Program-made: the position numbers and the translations under genes
DNA from: Octopus sinensis
Lineage: Eukaryota
Assembly: GCF_006345805.1 (NCBI RefSeq)
Contig: NC_043008.1
Coordinates: 42,470,001 to 42,534,000, forward strand
Direction: 5' to 3'
DNA: 64,000 bases
Shown: in pieces, positions 1 through 13,810 of the stretch
How positions within the stretch are numbered: the first letter of the stretch is position 1
Layout: every line of letters begins with the position of its first letter
Notes under the pieces: model-generated
Databases searched by the model: none
What the model saw: the letters and a program-made list of their open reading frames with translations, nothing else
Told to the model about the DNA's origin: nothing

Positions 1-814
1 ATTGCATTTCCCGTCAAACAATATCAAAATATTCCAACAAAATCAGTTCCAATTAACCGAAGACATCGTCTCCTTTGGCTGCGGTTTCAGCACCGCAACC
101 TTTAAAAGACTCTCAGTTTTTCAGTTTTATGAAGAAATATTCAAAAACTGTATTTTGAAGGAAGAATCAGACTCTATTTTCAATCAAAGAGCGTTATTTC
201 CTTCTAGCTGCTTACCTAACAAGTTGCATTGAACGAAAGAAGCCATAATGAGTGAGTCTTAGATTTATGTATTCTAGTTTCAGTGTTGACCATCGTAAAC
301 TAAGGAATATATATCTTATGCGATCGATACTATTTCAAGTACTATTTTATATCAGCGCAAAGCAAAGAGGTCACAATTTCAATTTGTTTGGCGGCAAATA
401 AATGCGATGCAACGCTTTTACAACTAAATCAATAATTTACCTGTCTTCGATATTTTCATTTAAATTAATAATCTTCAACATCGCTTCATAGAAAAATACC
501 AATTTCTCTCAAGACTGAATGTTCCAAAGAACTATTCTTTAATACCCGCTTCTGCAGGAGTGAATTTTAGCTCTGAATATGATGAAATGTTTAAGGCCTG
601 GAAACATAAATATTAATGAATGATAAGAATGTATGCCGTCGTAAGAGAGAATTCCGCAATTCCAATATTTATTCATAGACAAATTTAGCGAACCCGAAAT
701 CTCATATTTCCTTCTCCTCACACAAACGTTACATTGTAACCGTATTGACTGATCGCTTTTAATGGAAGTAGAACTTCAGATCATCGCTAGTTTATTCACA
801 TTCTATTTATAACT

Positions 815-1000
815 AAGGCATCGAGCTGGCAGAAACGTCATTCGTTGCATTCCGAGTTCAAATTCCGCCGAAGTCGACTTTGCCTTTCATCCTCTCGGGG
901 TCAATAAATTAAGTACCAGTTGCGCATTGAGGTCGATCTAATCGACTGGCCCCCTCTCACAAAATTTCGGGTCTGTTTGCCTAAAGTAGAAAATAAATGA
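815..1000 (+). mobile_element. tRNA-derived SINE (family B)
   Basis: GAGCTGGCAGAAACG...GAGTTCAAATTCCGCCGAAGTCGACTTTGCCTTTCATCCT motif, repeated across the window. Confidence 0.8.
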
Positions 1001-4000
1001 AGTGTCTTGTCTAAGAACACAGCTCATCTCCCTCTCCAGTAACTGAAACCACAGTCTTACCATCCTTCCTACTTCACCCAAACCACTAAATTACGCGCCT
1101 TTGATTATAGTAAGGGTTCAATAGATCTCCTGAATATAATGTCGTCTAAAATTATAAAACCTCAAATTTTTGAAAAGGAAGAGTCAAATATATCGATCGG
1201 AGTCTGTCACTGAGACTTTATTTTATCGATGAAATCTGTGCTGCAGAATCAATGTTGGTGAAATTTGAGTTCAAAACGCTAAGATCTTCTACTAAATGCA
1301 CCAGTGACTCCACCAACCCATTGGTATTCAATAGATCAAAAGACCAACTGCCATAAATTCATAGCATATTAATCTTTAACCGATCGACCTTTACTAAATG
1401 GAGACGAGAATAAAAGGAAACACGAAAAGACAAGGAGTCAGTGGCAGTCGTGGCATTAAATTGGTTGCAGGGGATGATATTCATCACACAAATTATGAAT
1501 AAGTGATTTCCCTTATTACTAAGAATTTAATTTTAATTAACAAAAATTTCTTGATTTATTGCATCAACTATATGAACGCTAACTTGACTGTCAATCGTTT
1601 CTGCAGCCGACAATCCTAGGCATATTTATCGTGTATTACATACATTTATAGTGTGGTGTATGACATTGTCCATGTCGGTATTCAGTTTCTTTCGAATGAT
1701 GAGGCCTATCACAGTAATGAGGCACAAGATGCTCCTACATTCCACCCAAACTACTGATATTTCATCATTCTGAAAAAATGTATTATTCATAATTTGGTTA
1801 TGCAGAAATATAGTACAATAAAATGGTAAAATATATTCTTTTTTTTTAAACTTTTCCCTTAAATTTCATCATTCATTAACTTTCCATGCTAGGCGCGAAA
1901 ATAATATTTCGTTTGATGTATCCAGTGCTTCAAAATCTGAAAATAGTTGGCACCATCTGCTCTAGTCTTTCTAAAATCCCAGTCAGTTTGCTGTGTTTTA
2001 AACATATCCTGAGTTGTCACAAAAGTGGCAAAGTTTAGGTAAAACCATAAGACTTGAATCGATATTTGCTTCATTAGCCTCCAAACACGATAATTATTTA
2101 GGTACTGGTTTGTTCTAAGATTGAAATTGGTTTTCATTTAAATTACTTTATTACTACATCGCATATAGTAACAAGAAAATTAAATAACGATTCAAATAGG
2201 AAAAAAAACACGGTGAGGAAATATGACAGTATTAGTGGTCAGTAACTACAACCAATTTATTATTTGCGGTTTGTATGGGATAAAACTCAAAATAAGTTTC
2301 AGTTTTATTATATCCTCATCAACGGATTATAGAGTTCACCGGATTTGTTGAATTAATGATGAATGACTTCTGATGCGATATACACGACAGCATATCGAAA
2401 CGAATTTTTTTAAAATACAAGCTATACTTAGATGATCGAGTATTTTTAAATTGCCAACCTTCAGACTATCGTAGTATGTATGATGTGGAATCAGATAGAA
2501 CGGTTGTTCTATCTGATAGAAATAACAGCTGTATCACTATGAATTCCCCATCGTTCACTCTAAAGTTAGCAGCAATATATAAGGTCAGGCAACGCTAGAC
2601 ACTCTGAGTCCGTTTGTCTAAATGCAATACGCCATGGTCGTAGATGACATATTAGGTACTATTCGCAGCTTGATCATCTTGTCTGCTAAATAACAGCAAT
2701 ATTCACATCAAAATCTCGTGTTTAATTTCCTTTATGTGAGCACGAAAAGATGAATTGATTAAAAGAAGAAATAACAGAAGTATAAAAGTTTATGTTAACG
2801 AAAAGGTAGGGAGATCTTTCGCTTTAGAAAAATATGAGTAAATTAGAAAGCAACCCGCGAAACAGCAATCGCTAAAATTCCTTCAAAAAGGAAACAAGGG
2901 AAAAAGGGAATTACTATGAAGAACTGGGGCTTTACTTTATTCTGGTTTACAAAATTCAAAGTAAACAAGGAGCTGAAGTAAATATTTTTATTTCTGTTAT
3001 TTTCTGTTGGCACTCCATCATTAAAGAGTACATAATTAGTGAACGGTCGAGAGAGGACGTACACGGATGATTGTGCTGCTAGAAATAGAAGCCAAAAACT
3101 TGCACTGGTAGGCCTAGCGTTCTTTTTAGGGATTTTTACTCTTGTAAGCGAGAGATGAGGTTCCTGTAGTTTGTTGCTGAAAAACTTGCACAGATGATTT
3201 GCTCATAGCGATCAAATGTTTTTATGCTGCACGATAGATTACTTCCCCATCAAATCAATATTGCCTATACGGGTGCTTATACGGGTGGAAAGCGTCAGCT
3301 CTTGAAATGTTCGCAGAGTAACGTGAGATGAAGAGTTTTGGTCAAGAACACCATGCACTGTCCGGTCCAGGATTGGAACCTACGTTCTTCCGATCGCAAA
3401 TGCAACACTCAAACCATGAGGTCACTCGAATTCACAAACACAGTATATACTTCGATAAAATATAAATAAAAACAGTGCGAGAAAGTCATGGCTGGATTGT
3501 GTAACTATGAGCAGAGATGTTCTTATGAGTATGGCCTTAGATTCTGCTAGATCCTTCACACCCCGTAAAAAATCTCGAAGAATAACTGTAAAATGCCAGA
3601 AAACCCGAAAAGATTATGTGACGTTGTAAATGGTTTCAGTTTTGATATTTTTACATCGTTAATCTTCTTGAATAAGGCATAAACAACCCGAAATCTTATT
3701 TGGCCTTTCTTTCGTAATAAGGAAACTCTAGATTTCTTATATAAATCAATATATCTGCTCTAAATCATGTGACGAAAATTACAATTGATCTCCTGGGTAT
3801 TGGACTCGTAGATATTTCCGTGAATGTATAAGATTACTTAATTCCAGGTCGTTACACAATGTCGTTATATTTCGTCCGTCGTTTATATACGACGTTAAAA
3901 GAAAACACAACAGAAAGAAAGAAACCATCGGGGCAATGTCCAAATCAATACAACATGTTTAGTGATATGTCACATGACTTCGATGTGATATCGCATCATA

Positions 4001-4181
4001 CGAGTTCACTGTGACACGTAAGATTGCAGCATCCTTCGAGCATTCGTTCGTGTCAGATTGAATTATATCAAATAAAGAAGACACGTTGTTGCTGTCTTGA
4101 ACGTTAAAAAGGTCTTGAGACAACAACTAAAAAAAAAACAAAAAGGGTAACAAAAAAAACATCAACAAGAACAATATTAAC

Positions 4182-4192
4182 TAATAATAATG

Positions 4193-4223
<31 letters not shown>

Positions 4224-4313
4224 TAATATAATAATATAATAATAATAATAATAATGATAATAATAATAATGATAATAATAATAATAATGATAATAATAAT
4301 AATAATAATAATA

Positions 4314-4360
<47 letters not shown>

Positions 4361-4413
4361 GTAATAGTAATAATAATAATATGATAATAATAATAATAAA
4401 TAATAATGATAAC

Positions 4414-4450
<37 letters not shown>

Positions 4451-4559
4451 GTAATAATAATAATAATAATAAATAATAATAATAATAATAATAATGATAA
4501 TAATAGTAATAATAATAATAAGAAATAATAGTAATAATAATAATAATAATAATGATAAC

Positions 4560-4596
<37 letters not shown>

Positions 4597-4628
4597 GTAA
4601 TAATAATAATATAATAATAATAATAATA

Positions 4629-4665
<37 letters not shown>

Positions 4666-4669
4666 TAAC

Positions 4670-4700
<31 letters not shown>

Positions 4701-4790
4701 GTAATAATAATAATAATAATAGTAATAATAATAATAATAATATAATAATAATAATAATAATGATAATAATAATAATAACAATAATAATAA
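4182..4790. repeat. ~600-bp (TAA)n microsatellite
   Basis: Seen directly; it explains the poly-Y/L/I/N ORFs. Confidence 0.97.
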
Positions 4791-5185
4791 TCCGAAACCG
4801 ATTACATGATAGTAGCTGTCAGCGAAGAACGAAATCTCAGTAAAATCTATATGTTAGCGTGTTTGGTCTTATATTAGACATATTTCTTCCGATCTGTTTA
4901 TATCAAGGGAAAGGATCGCGTTCCTCATCTTCCTTCTTCGATTCCAAACATGTCTGAGTCGGCCATAGTTTAATAATCACATACAACTTCCATTCATTCC
5001 CAATAAAATTTCACTCTTTATTTTTATCTTATTTTGAAGGGTGGTACATGTATATATACACCTGTAAACAAAAGGACGAATACAGTATGTATATAATATA
5101 TAGAGTTGTAAATTCATACATACATATACATTATATAAAAATCTATATGGGTGTTTTATACATATGTATATTTATAAAAATAAAT

Positions 5186-5261
<76 letters not shown>

Positions 5262-5401
5262 TTGTATATGTGTATATATTACTAGAAGTATATAGGACTA
5301 TATATATATATATATATTCATTTCTAACTATCAATCTATCAATCTCTTCATCTTTATCGCTTTATCGCTGTATACACACACACATACACACACACACACA
5401 T

Positions 5402-5452
<51 letters not shown>

Positions 5453-5479
5453 ATAATATATATATATATATACATATAT

Positions 5480-5645
5480 ACGATGTGCTTGTTTTAGTTT
5501 CCATCTTCCAGATCCACTCACAAGGCTTTAGTCGGCCCGAGACTATAGTAGAAGACAATTGCCCAAAGTGCCACGCAGTGGGACTGAACCGGGAACCATG
5601 TGGTTGGTAAGCAAGATATTTACCAGATATTTACCACTCCTGCGC
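5480..5645 (-). mobile_element. Family A SINE, 5' part
   Basis: GCCACGCAGTGGGACTGAACCGGGAACCATGTGGTTGGTAAGC is the reverse complement of the family A head. Confidence 0.8.
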
Positions 5646-5679
5646 TTTTCCTTATTTTTCGTTTTTTGCACAATAGCAG

Positions 5680-6060
5680 CTTACTCGGAGCAACCGCCCT
5701 CAGCTTCCACCAAGGCTTCGAAACATCTCCGGAAACTTGCCTATGCATTCTTCACTGTGCCCCTGGGATGACCTTCGAACACCTCTTTGATCTTGGCCAC
5801 CAGCTTAGGCTTGGTTCTGCGAGCAGAGCGCTGGGTGTCTTTGTTAACTGCGCCCCACATATAGTAATCTATAAGATTACAATCGGAGGAATTAGGACAC
5901 CAGGAAGTAGGGTTGGCGAAATTGTAGTAATACTCCGATAATAACTTCTCGCTTTTCCCCGTTACGTGACAAGGAGATGAATCCCACTACCACACGTACT
6001 CCTTCCGCAGCAGTCTTGTCAAGCCGGAGATTGATCACAAGTCCAGAAGTTTCACTTAAC
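5680..6060 (-). mobile_element. Degenerate maT/DD37D-like transposase C-terminus
   Basis: Minus-strand translation ...YVW*WDSSPCH...NFANPTSWCPNSSDCNLIDYYMWGAVNKDT...FEALVEAEGG resembles the YVFQQDSAPAH / WPPNSPD.NPLDYYVWG / EAEGG motifs. Confidence 0.78.
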
Positions 6061-6177
6061 TGTCTGAATTGATCCTAAGTCCCGGTTCACATGTATGGTG
6101 ACGAATTAGGGCGTACCGGTGCACTCAGAATGCCCAGGTCCCTTACTGTGTTTATATAATAATAATAATAATAATAA

Positions 6178-6209
<32 letters not shown>

Positions 6210-6563
6210 TAATAATAATAAAGATCTTCGTAGTCTCCGTTGTACTTTATGTCTTGCAGCCTTTACAGTGTTTATAGATCACAGAGGATACCACGAATTA
6301 TTTAATACGGGTATATCTTTTTCCAGTACTCAAATGGCTACCAGTCGTCCATGTCAGTTACCTTTTCTCAGTTACAACTTTTAATCGTTATACTCTCCAA
6401 CACCGTTGACTGTTCGCCATTGCATCAAGGTGTTCCTCAAAACATAGAAGAGATAAAAAAAAAACGCGTTAAATTTAGCTCCGAAACATTGTATATTCAT
6501 ACATACATAAATAGATACATACAAGCATACGTACACATATATGTACATACATGCATACATGCA

Positions 6564-6617
<54 letters not shown>

Positions 6618-7564
6618 TGACATAAGAATTTCGATGACTGGATGAGATCCTATGCATGTATATTGATGATGACAAGGTTGTCGCTAGCTCTGAGTGACGA
6701 CTTAGAAAAGAAATCTATAGACGTTATTACAAAATGCCATGTATGAAAGGGAAAAGCCAAAGTCGATATCATAAGACAAAAAAAAGTGCGAGATTGAGAT
6801 ATTGAAGGTGACGAAGCGCAAGAGAAGGTGAGGAAGTGTGTGGGAAAAAGAGAGAGGGAGAGAGGGAGAGAGATAGAGAGATAGAGAGAGAGAGAGGGGA
6901 AGAGAGAGCGTGTGTGTTTCTGGAAGAGAAAGGAATGCTGAGAGACCTAGAGTAGAAATGGTCTGGAAAATGTATAGAAAAGATGAATCCGATGAAAGGC
7001 GAAGGGATTTCACACCAAAGTCTCCAGTTGGCAAAACCTTTCAGGTAAACTGTCAAAAGACATTATAAGTATAAAAAAGAGAAAGTAAAGAAAATCCGAA
7101 TGAAATAATAATATTAGTAAAAACAATATTCTACCTTGTAGGACGTTAAAAATAGCAACGAAATCTAATCAATTGATGTCTTCTTAAAAACGTTTCTGTA
7201 GTCAGTTCGGATATGCTATCAGTTCAGAGATATACGCTTTTGACTGCAAGATGGGTAGTGTCGACCCGGGTTAATTCATGCGGTGTCAATAAATGCAGAA
7301 AAGTAACTAATATTCTTTGACATTATATATAAGCAAAGAAACACAGGTTTACAAAGAAACACACCTATATACGTTTCGCCCGTGGAAACTTAACATTTGG
7401 CAGATTCGATGTAAAAAGAGAGGAATTTAGAAAAAAAAATTTTAATGGAAATCTAAAGCAAAGTCTCTTGCGAGGAAGAAATTTCTTCGCTACAATGGTC
7501 GCACTTTTCTATATCAAGTATATGTGACTGAAATGGAGTGCAGTTTTCAGTTACTGTGGCAGAA

Positions 7565-8140
7565 GTACATACATACATACATACACACACACACATACAT
7601 ACATACATACATACATACATACTACATACATACATACATACATACATACATACATACATAACAGTAAAAATATGCAAAACTTTTCTCAAATTCCAAATGT
7701 AAATTTATTTGTAACTACATCCCCAAAATACAGCATTTTATTTTTGTTGGAAAACAGCTCCCTCCTGAATGGAAGATTTCTAATAATTAAAATATAGATG
7801 AGATATACATATGTACCTGCATACATACATATCGACATACATGCATCCATACTTTCATACATACATGCTTCCATACGTTCATATATACATACATACAAAC
7901 ATACATACATGCATGTCTAAGTACATACATATATACATACAAACATACATACACAGTACATGCATGCATACGTACATAAATACATACATACATACATACA
8001 TACATACAAACATACACACACAGTACATGCATGCATACGTACATTAATACATACATACATACATACATACATACATACATACATACATACATACATACAT
8101 AAATACATACATACATACATACATATATACATACCTAATT
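7565..8140. repeat. (ACAT)n microsatellite complex
   Basis: Seen directly. Confidence 0.93.
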
Positions 8141-9741
8141 GAAGCTGAACATGTTTGTATTGCAACACTGAATGTACACATTTTAATGATTTTCGCGCTT
8201 GATATCGGCAGGTAGCCTGATGAAATCGAATCATGGATATCCATAAGCATATTGGAATGTGATTTAGGCCTAACTACTTAAAATGGGGCGCATATTCATC
8301 AATTCTCTTCTCATGTTCAGATCATCATTAGTATTTTTCTAAGTAAATTCTTACTAATTTAGTATCAACAATATGATTTGTGTAAAGAACAACATAAGGA
8401 AGAAACGTCCGTTTTCATCCTATAGCCTTGTTAACGTGTATGTCAGATGCAAGAGAACGAACTCTTTTAAACTGTTTTCTGCTAGGCATTTCTGAATAAA
8501 TATTCATTAATATGCTGAATGTTTCAAAAAGATCCATGTATCTCATCTTATGTTTAAAAGTCTAAACGCAGGTTTTAGGTATTTTCGCGACAGAGATTGC
8601 AACTTTTACAACCATAGAACAGGATGATGTTTGTCACGTGCCGGAAACACTTGATTTGTATAATTGCTAACATCATATTATTGGACATGTTGCTGAGTCT
8701 CTAAAATAAGTCTTGCATAATTATTTTTATATATCGATATTTTGCAAATACGAAAATTAGAAGTGGCTGCGTGAAACAAGTTTGAAATTATTTGCTTGGT
8801 TTATTATAGATGTGTAACCGCTGTAATGCTGGAGCAACTGTGGCTTAAGATAACGCGATTCTTATTAGTATATAAGGTCTATTAAGAATTGTTTGTGTAT
8901 AATAATTAGGAAAATTGTAGAGCATCTAAAATATAGAGATTACGATAGCAAATAAGAGTTCGTTTCCTGTGTGTCTTTATGAATTAATTGTATTCAGGTG
9001 AGCTCCATTTGTACCGACGTTCTTTAGCGTCACAGCCAGTGTGAAAAAAAAGAAACGTTTCCGGTGTAAGTACAAAACATTTCCTATTCTGTGTGATTGC
9101 AAAGTCTGCTATCTTTGAATTCCAGAGTATGTAGCTTCTCAGACCATTAGTTTATTGAACTGAGCAATCCTTTGCTAATGATAGTAGAACAATAAGATAT
9201 GAATGGCTCACTAACGATCCATTTACAATCTGATTCTGGCAACATATGTTTTCATTCTGTTCAAATATTCATGTAGTTATCTATTTTTGTTTATGAAGAT
9301 TAACAATATATAATATAATGGATTAATTAAATCCTTTTTTTTATATTTACACATTTATTTGTTATGCATTCTTCAATCTTCCTATTGTTGTTTGCGTTAT
9401 AGTTTCGTTGATGTCAGTAATAATGGCATTCTTGTCGCTGTTCCATCGTGGTTGATTTTGTTGTCACTGAAATTCCTATTAAGTCTGTGTCCATCGCTGC
9501 TGCTGTCGTTGCCCCTTTTGCAAAGTGTTGTTGTTGCTTCTATTGCAGGCGTTCTGGATGTCGCTATTGTTATTGTTCTGCTGCCGTTCTTGACGTTGTC
9601 TCTGTTCTTCTGGTTAATGTAAGCTGTTGATGTCCTACTTCTGAAACATTTGGTTTGGCTGTCGTTGGGCATTGTGTTGATACCATTGTTGGTTTTGCTC
9701 TTGTTATTGTAGTCTTTAATGATACTGCTGTGATTGGTGAT

Positions 9742-9762
9742 ACTGATGATGATGATGACGAC

Positions 9763-9802
<40 letters not shown>

Positions 9803-9917
9803 AATGATGATGATGATGATGTTGATGACGATGATGATGATGATGATGATAATAACGATGACGATGATGATGACGATGATACTGATGATGATGATAATAA
9901 CGATGACGATGATGATT
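9742..9917. repeat. (GAT)n microsatellite
   Basis: Seen directly. Confidence 0.95.
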
Positions 9918-11144
9918 TTAGAGTTATTCTTTTACAATTGAATGTTTCTATCTATTTCTTCCCCGCATTCTAACATACTTTTACTTTCTGTTTCACACTT
10001 CACATTTATAAATGCATCGTCAAGTCCCCCCACCCCATCCCATTCTACCCCCACCCTTATTATACTGTAATGTAAATCATGGGAGAGAAAAAGTTTAAAG
10101 ACAAACATTGAAATAATATTGGAACAAAGGGAAAAAAAACAGTAGTAAAATGTCATTACAGAAAATAAATGTTAAATATTTAAGGCAGTAATCAGCGGAA
10201 GATCTTTTCTTACTATTTTTTCTGTATCTGGATGATGCATACTTTGGAAGCAGTAAATGCCGAAGGCAGAAATGTGATGCAGAATATATACAAGAGAAAT
10301 CCAACAACAATTTACAAAAGATAACAACAATATGAACAACCAGCACAATAAAAAAAACAAATATCAACAACAACTATACAGCAAATAAAAAAATATCGAA
10401 AAAATACAACAAAAGTTGAAATAATAATATGAATAAAATCAGATAAATGTGATTGATTCATAAATAAACGAAGACAGATATGTGTAAAAATAACAGCAAC
10501 AATATCAACAACAACCACAGCAACAACAGCAATAACAACAACAACAAACAATAGCATCACGATCACAACGACATCTACAATAAAACATGATACAAATAAA
10601 GAAGGTTTAGAGATATCCAAGTAAATAACCGTAATATTAGAATTTATATTTGTTTTAGGTGTTTTTGTGTTTTGTTGTAAGTGATTTTATAATTAAAATA
10701 TTAAAATGGGTCAGTTACAATCTTTACCATTTCCATTACGAAATGTGTGTCTCCATTTAATTGGCATTTGAATGAGTTACGGTACATAACAATGGGAAAA
10801 TGTGGTAAAAATCCCTGAAACTGACTTTGTCGTGAGTTGAGATTTTATTTCGCATTAGATACAGAAAGGCTATCAATATATGTATGTACATATGATGCCA
10901 GTGTGTGTGTACCTATATATATAGGCATACACGTACACACACGCTCTCCACCACAAACACACACACACACATATATATATATATATGTGTGTGTACACAC
11001 ATACGTACAAACACAAATGTATATATATATAAACACGTTTCAAAGAAAAAAAGTCTACACGTGGTATATATAGGGGAATGCGCACGAGTAACGACATCTT
11101 TTTTATAAAAGGAGAGATATATACATACATACCTATATATATAT

Positions 11145-11200
<56 letters not shown>

Positions 11201-11470
11201 ACAGTCTTTGTGGTATTTTTGCTGCTTTTTAATAAAGTATTTATATATATACATGTGTGTGTGTTTGTACACATACAAATCATTGATTTCTATGTGTACA
11301 CACATGCACGCACACACGATAATTTGAGATGGAATTAAAAGTACAAAATTTACTGTTATGAGTCAATATAGAAAGCCATACCGGTTTCGTCATCGCTGTT
11401 CACTAACCATTACTTTTATACCTAATGTACATTTTGTTTGTTTTTACTTTTCACACACACGCATACACAT

Positions 11471-11520
<50 letters not shown>

Positions 11521-13603
11521 GATGCTGCGACATTCAACTTAATGATATGAAGTCTTGTCGATGAACGCTTCTTTAATATTGTGGTGATGGGGAGATTGTA
11601 TATATGTTGCCATGTAGTATTTTTCCTGTGTAATCAAGAGAAGAGTTACAACAACAATAGAAATATTAGCGACCTAATATTTCTGTTATTTAGACATAAG
11701 ATAAATATAATGAATGCAGTGCGTGAGCACAATGCAATCACGTTATTTTCACGCTTTTGTTTCAAGTCATTAGCAACATAAATGAAGCGATCCAGCTGAT
11801 CGAGCTCAAACGGAAGATTGGGTTTACATAGAATAAACTTGCAAGGTTAACTTGTTTGGCTTCATATTCAAAAGATAATGTCAAGGAATTCAACAGGGTA
11901 CCGGATAAACAGCAGAAGGCTTCACGTCTCTGCGCCCAATCCGCATACAGGCATCTGTCAAAACATCATATGATCCCATACGTGACATAGAGGCATATAA
12001 ATCCCACCCAACTACAACAATAACTTACAATGAACTCATGTTCTCTCAATTTTCAACTCTTGATTTAACCCTTCGCATAAAAATATCATCCACATATTTT
12101 GTCCAAACTTGAACATTCTATAAATTCTATAAATGGCTGAAAAATCACATCCTAGACATTGTACCCACAGATATAACTTTTATTTCTGTTTTCATAAATA
12201 TTTATGCAAGTACAACCGTACTGCTTTATGTGTAAAGACTATTGCTATGCTTGCATAAATATTGCAGTCACGTGATATGGTTCTTACTAATTCAATTTGA
12301 TTGGGTTTCAGGGATATTACATAATTCAATCCCCACCCTTCTAGATTTATGTAATTCAATCATTTACATTTATCTTTTGACCGCTTATTCTGCACTTACA
12401 TAACTTCAAAATGAGAAAGTATTTACGTAAAAACAAATAATGTTAATTCCAATTAAAATATTAATAAAAAATCATCATAATAATATGAAATATCAAATGA
12501 CAAAATATAAAAATATATCATTATCTTTTTAATCTGTTTCACTGAGAGAATCGGATAAAACCCGAAGTGTTTATTTTATACAATTATAAAATAATAATTT
12601 TGAAATACAAAAGGCTATTGCGAAATTATAAATAAATTATTAATTAAATAATTGAATTCTGATTCTCAATTCCTTTAAGTGAAACCATGAAATTAAAAAT
12701 CACCAAAAATAAACATAAATTGTAAATCTGAATTTATTTATAAACCAATGCGTTTCTGGTGCTTCACATCCCAAACAGATATTTTTAACGCAAAAAATGG
12801 TACATTGACGAGGAACAAAATTAATGTATGACAGCAACTTGCACAATGGGCCCGGGTGGGGTATGCATGGCTGCAAGAGTAACAAGGTTGCTTTGAAACC
12901 ACGTGATTCTATGTTCAGTGCTGTAACTTCGTTCTGGCTTACCACTGGTTTGTGAGTGTATTTTGCGGACCCAAACTGTGTGGAAAAGCGTCGCATATGC
13001 GTGTCTTTGAGTGTGTGTGTGTGTGTGTATGTGTGTATGTGAGAGTATCCCTGCGCTTGTCACTTCGTTCTATTGTTTGTTTGCATTCCCATAACGCAGT
13101 GGTTCGGCAAAAGAAGTTGATAGAATAATCACTAGACGTAAAAGATATATACTGGAGTCGATTTATGCGACTAAACTATTCAAAGCGGTGCTGCTACATG
13201 GGCGTAGTCCAAATACTGAAACATGTATAAAGATAACAACGAAAAGATCTTTCAACTGCTAATTCATTATAGCCCAGATACCTTGTCAGAAAACGAAAGA
13301 AAGAAGTTTTATTGTGGAGAGTTGTTGATTCTAATTCGGATCAATCTGGATGGATTGGAGTTAAACAACATCTGAAATCACGTGAATTACGAAACCGTGA
13401 TCTTGGCTTCTGATCTTGGCTGAAGACCAACAAATTAAAGGGTGCAGGTAGTAGTTGATATCATCGATCTAAGTACTGATTGATACTTTCTTTTAGCAAC
13501 ATCAGAAGGATGAATAACAAAGTGGGTCTTACCGGGATTAAAACTAAAAAGATTCAACAGATGCTTTGTGGTTCATTGATATTAATTTTACTTAAGGTGG
13601 CGA

Positions 13604-13810
13604 CATGGCAGGATCGTTAGCACACCGGACAGAACATTTAGCAGCATTTCGTCCGTCTTTAGGTTCTGAGTTCAAATTCTGCCGAGATCGACTTTCCCTT
13701 TCATCACTTCCTGGTCAATAAAACGAGTACCGAGTGAATACTGCGGGTCAATGTAATCGACTGACCCCACCACTCGCAATTGCCGCCCTTCTGCCAACAT
13801 TTAAAAATAG
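13604..13810 (+). mobile_element. Family B SINE
   Basis: GGCAGGATCGTTAGCACACCGG...GTTCTGAGTTCAAATTCTGCCGAGATCGACTTT. Confidence 0.78.

Noticed and set aside
4104-4781. Long poly-Y/L/I/N ORFs, and similar ORFs at 7787-8250, 9734, 34634, 35957, 40298-41168, 53257-53838, 61633-62074 and 62610-63081
   Set aside because: They are translations of microsatellites, with no domain-like sequence or splice support.
8217-8410. Other CTGANGA hits (8218, 13420, 17782, 22125, 22417, 28173, 36568, 56747, 62072)
   Set aside because: Each lacks a correctly placed GAAA...UH or complementary stems I and II.
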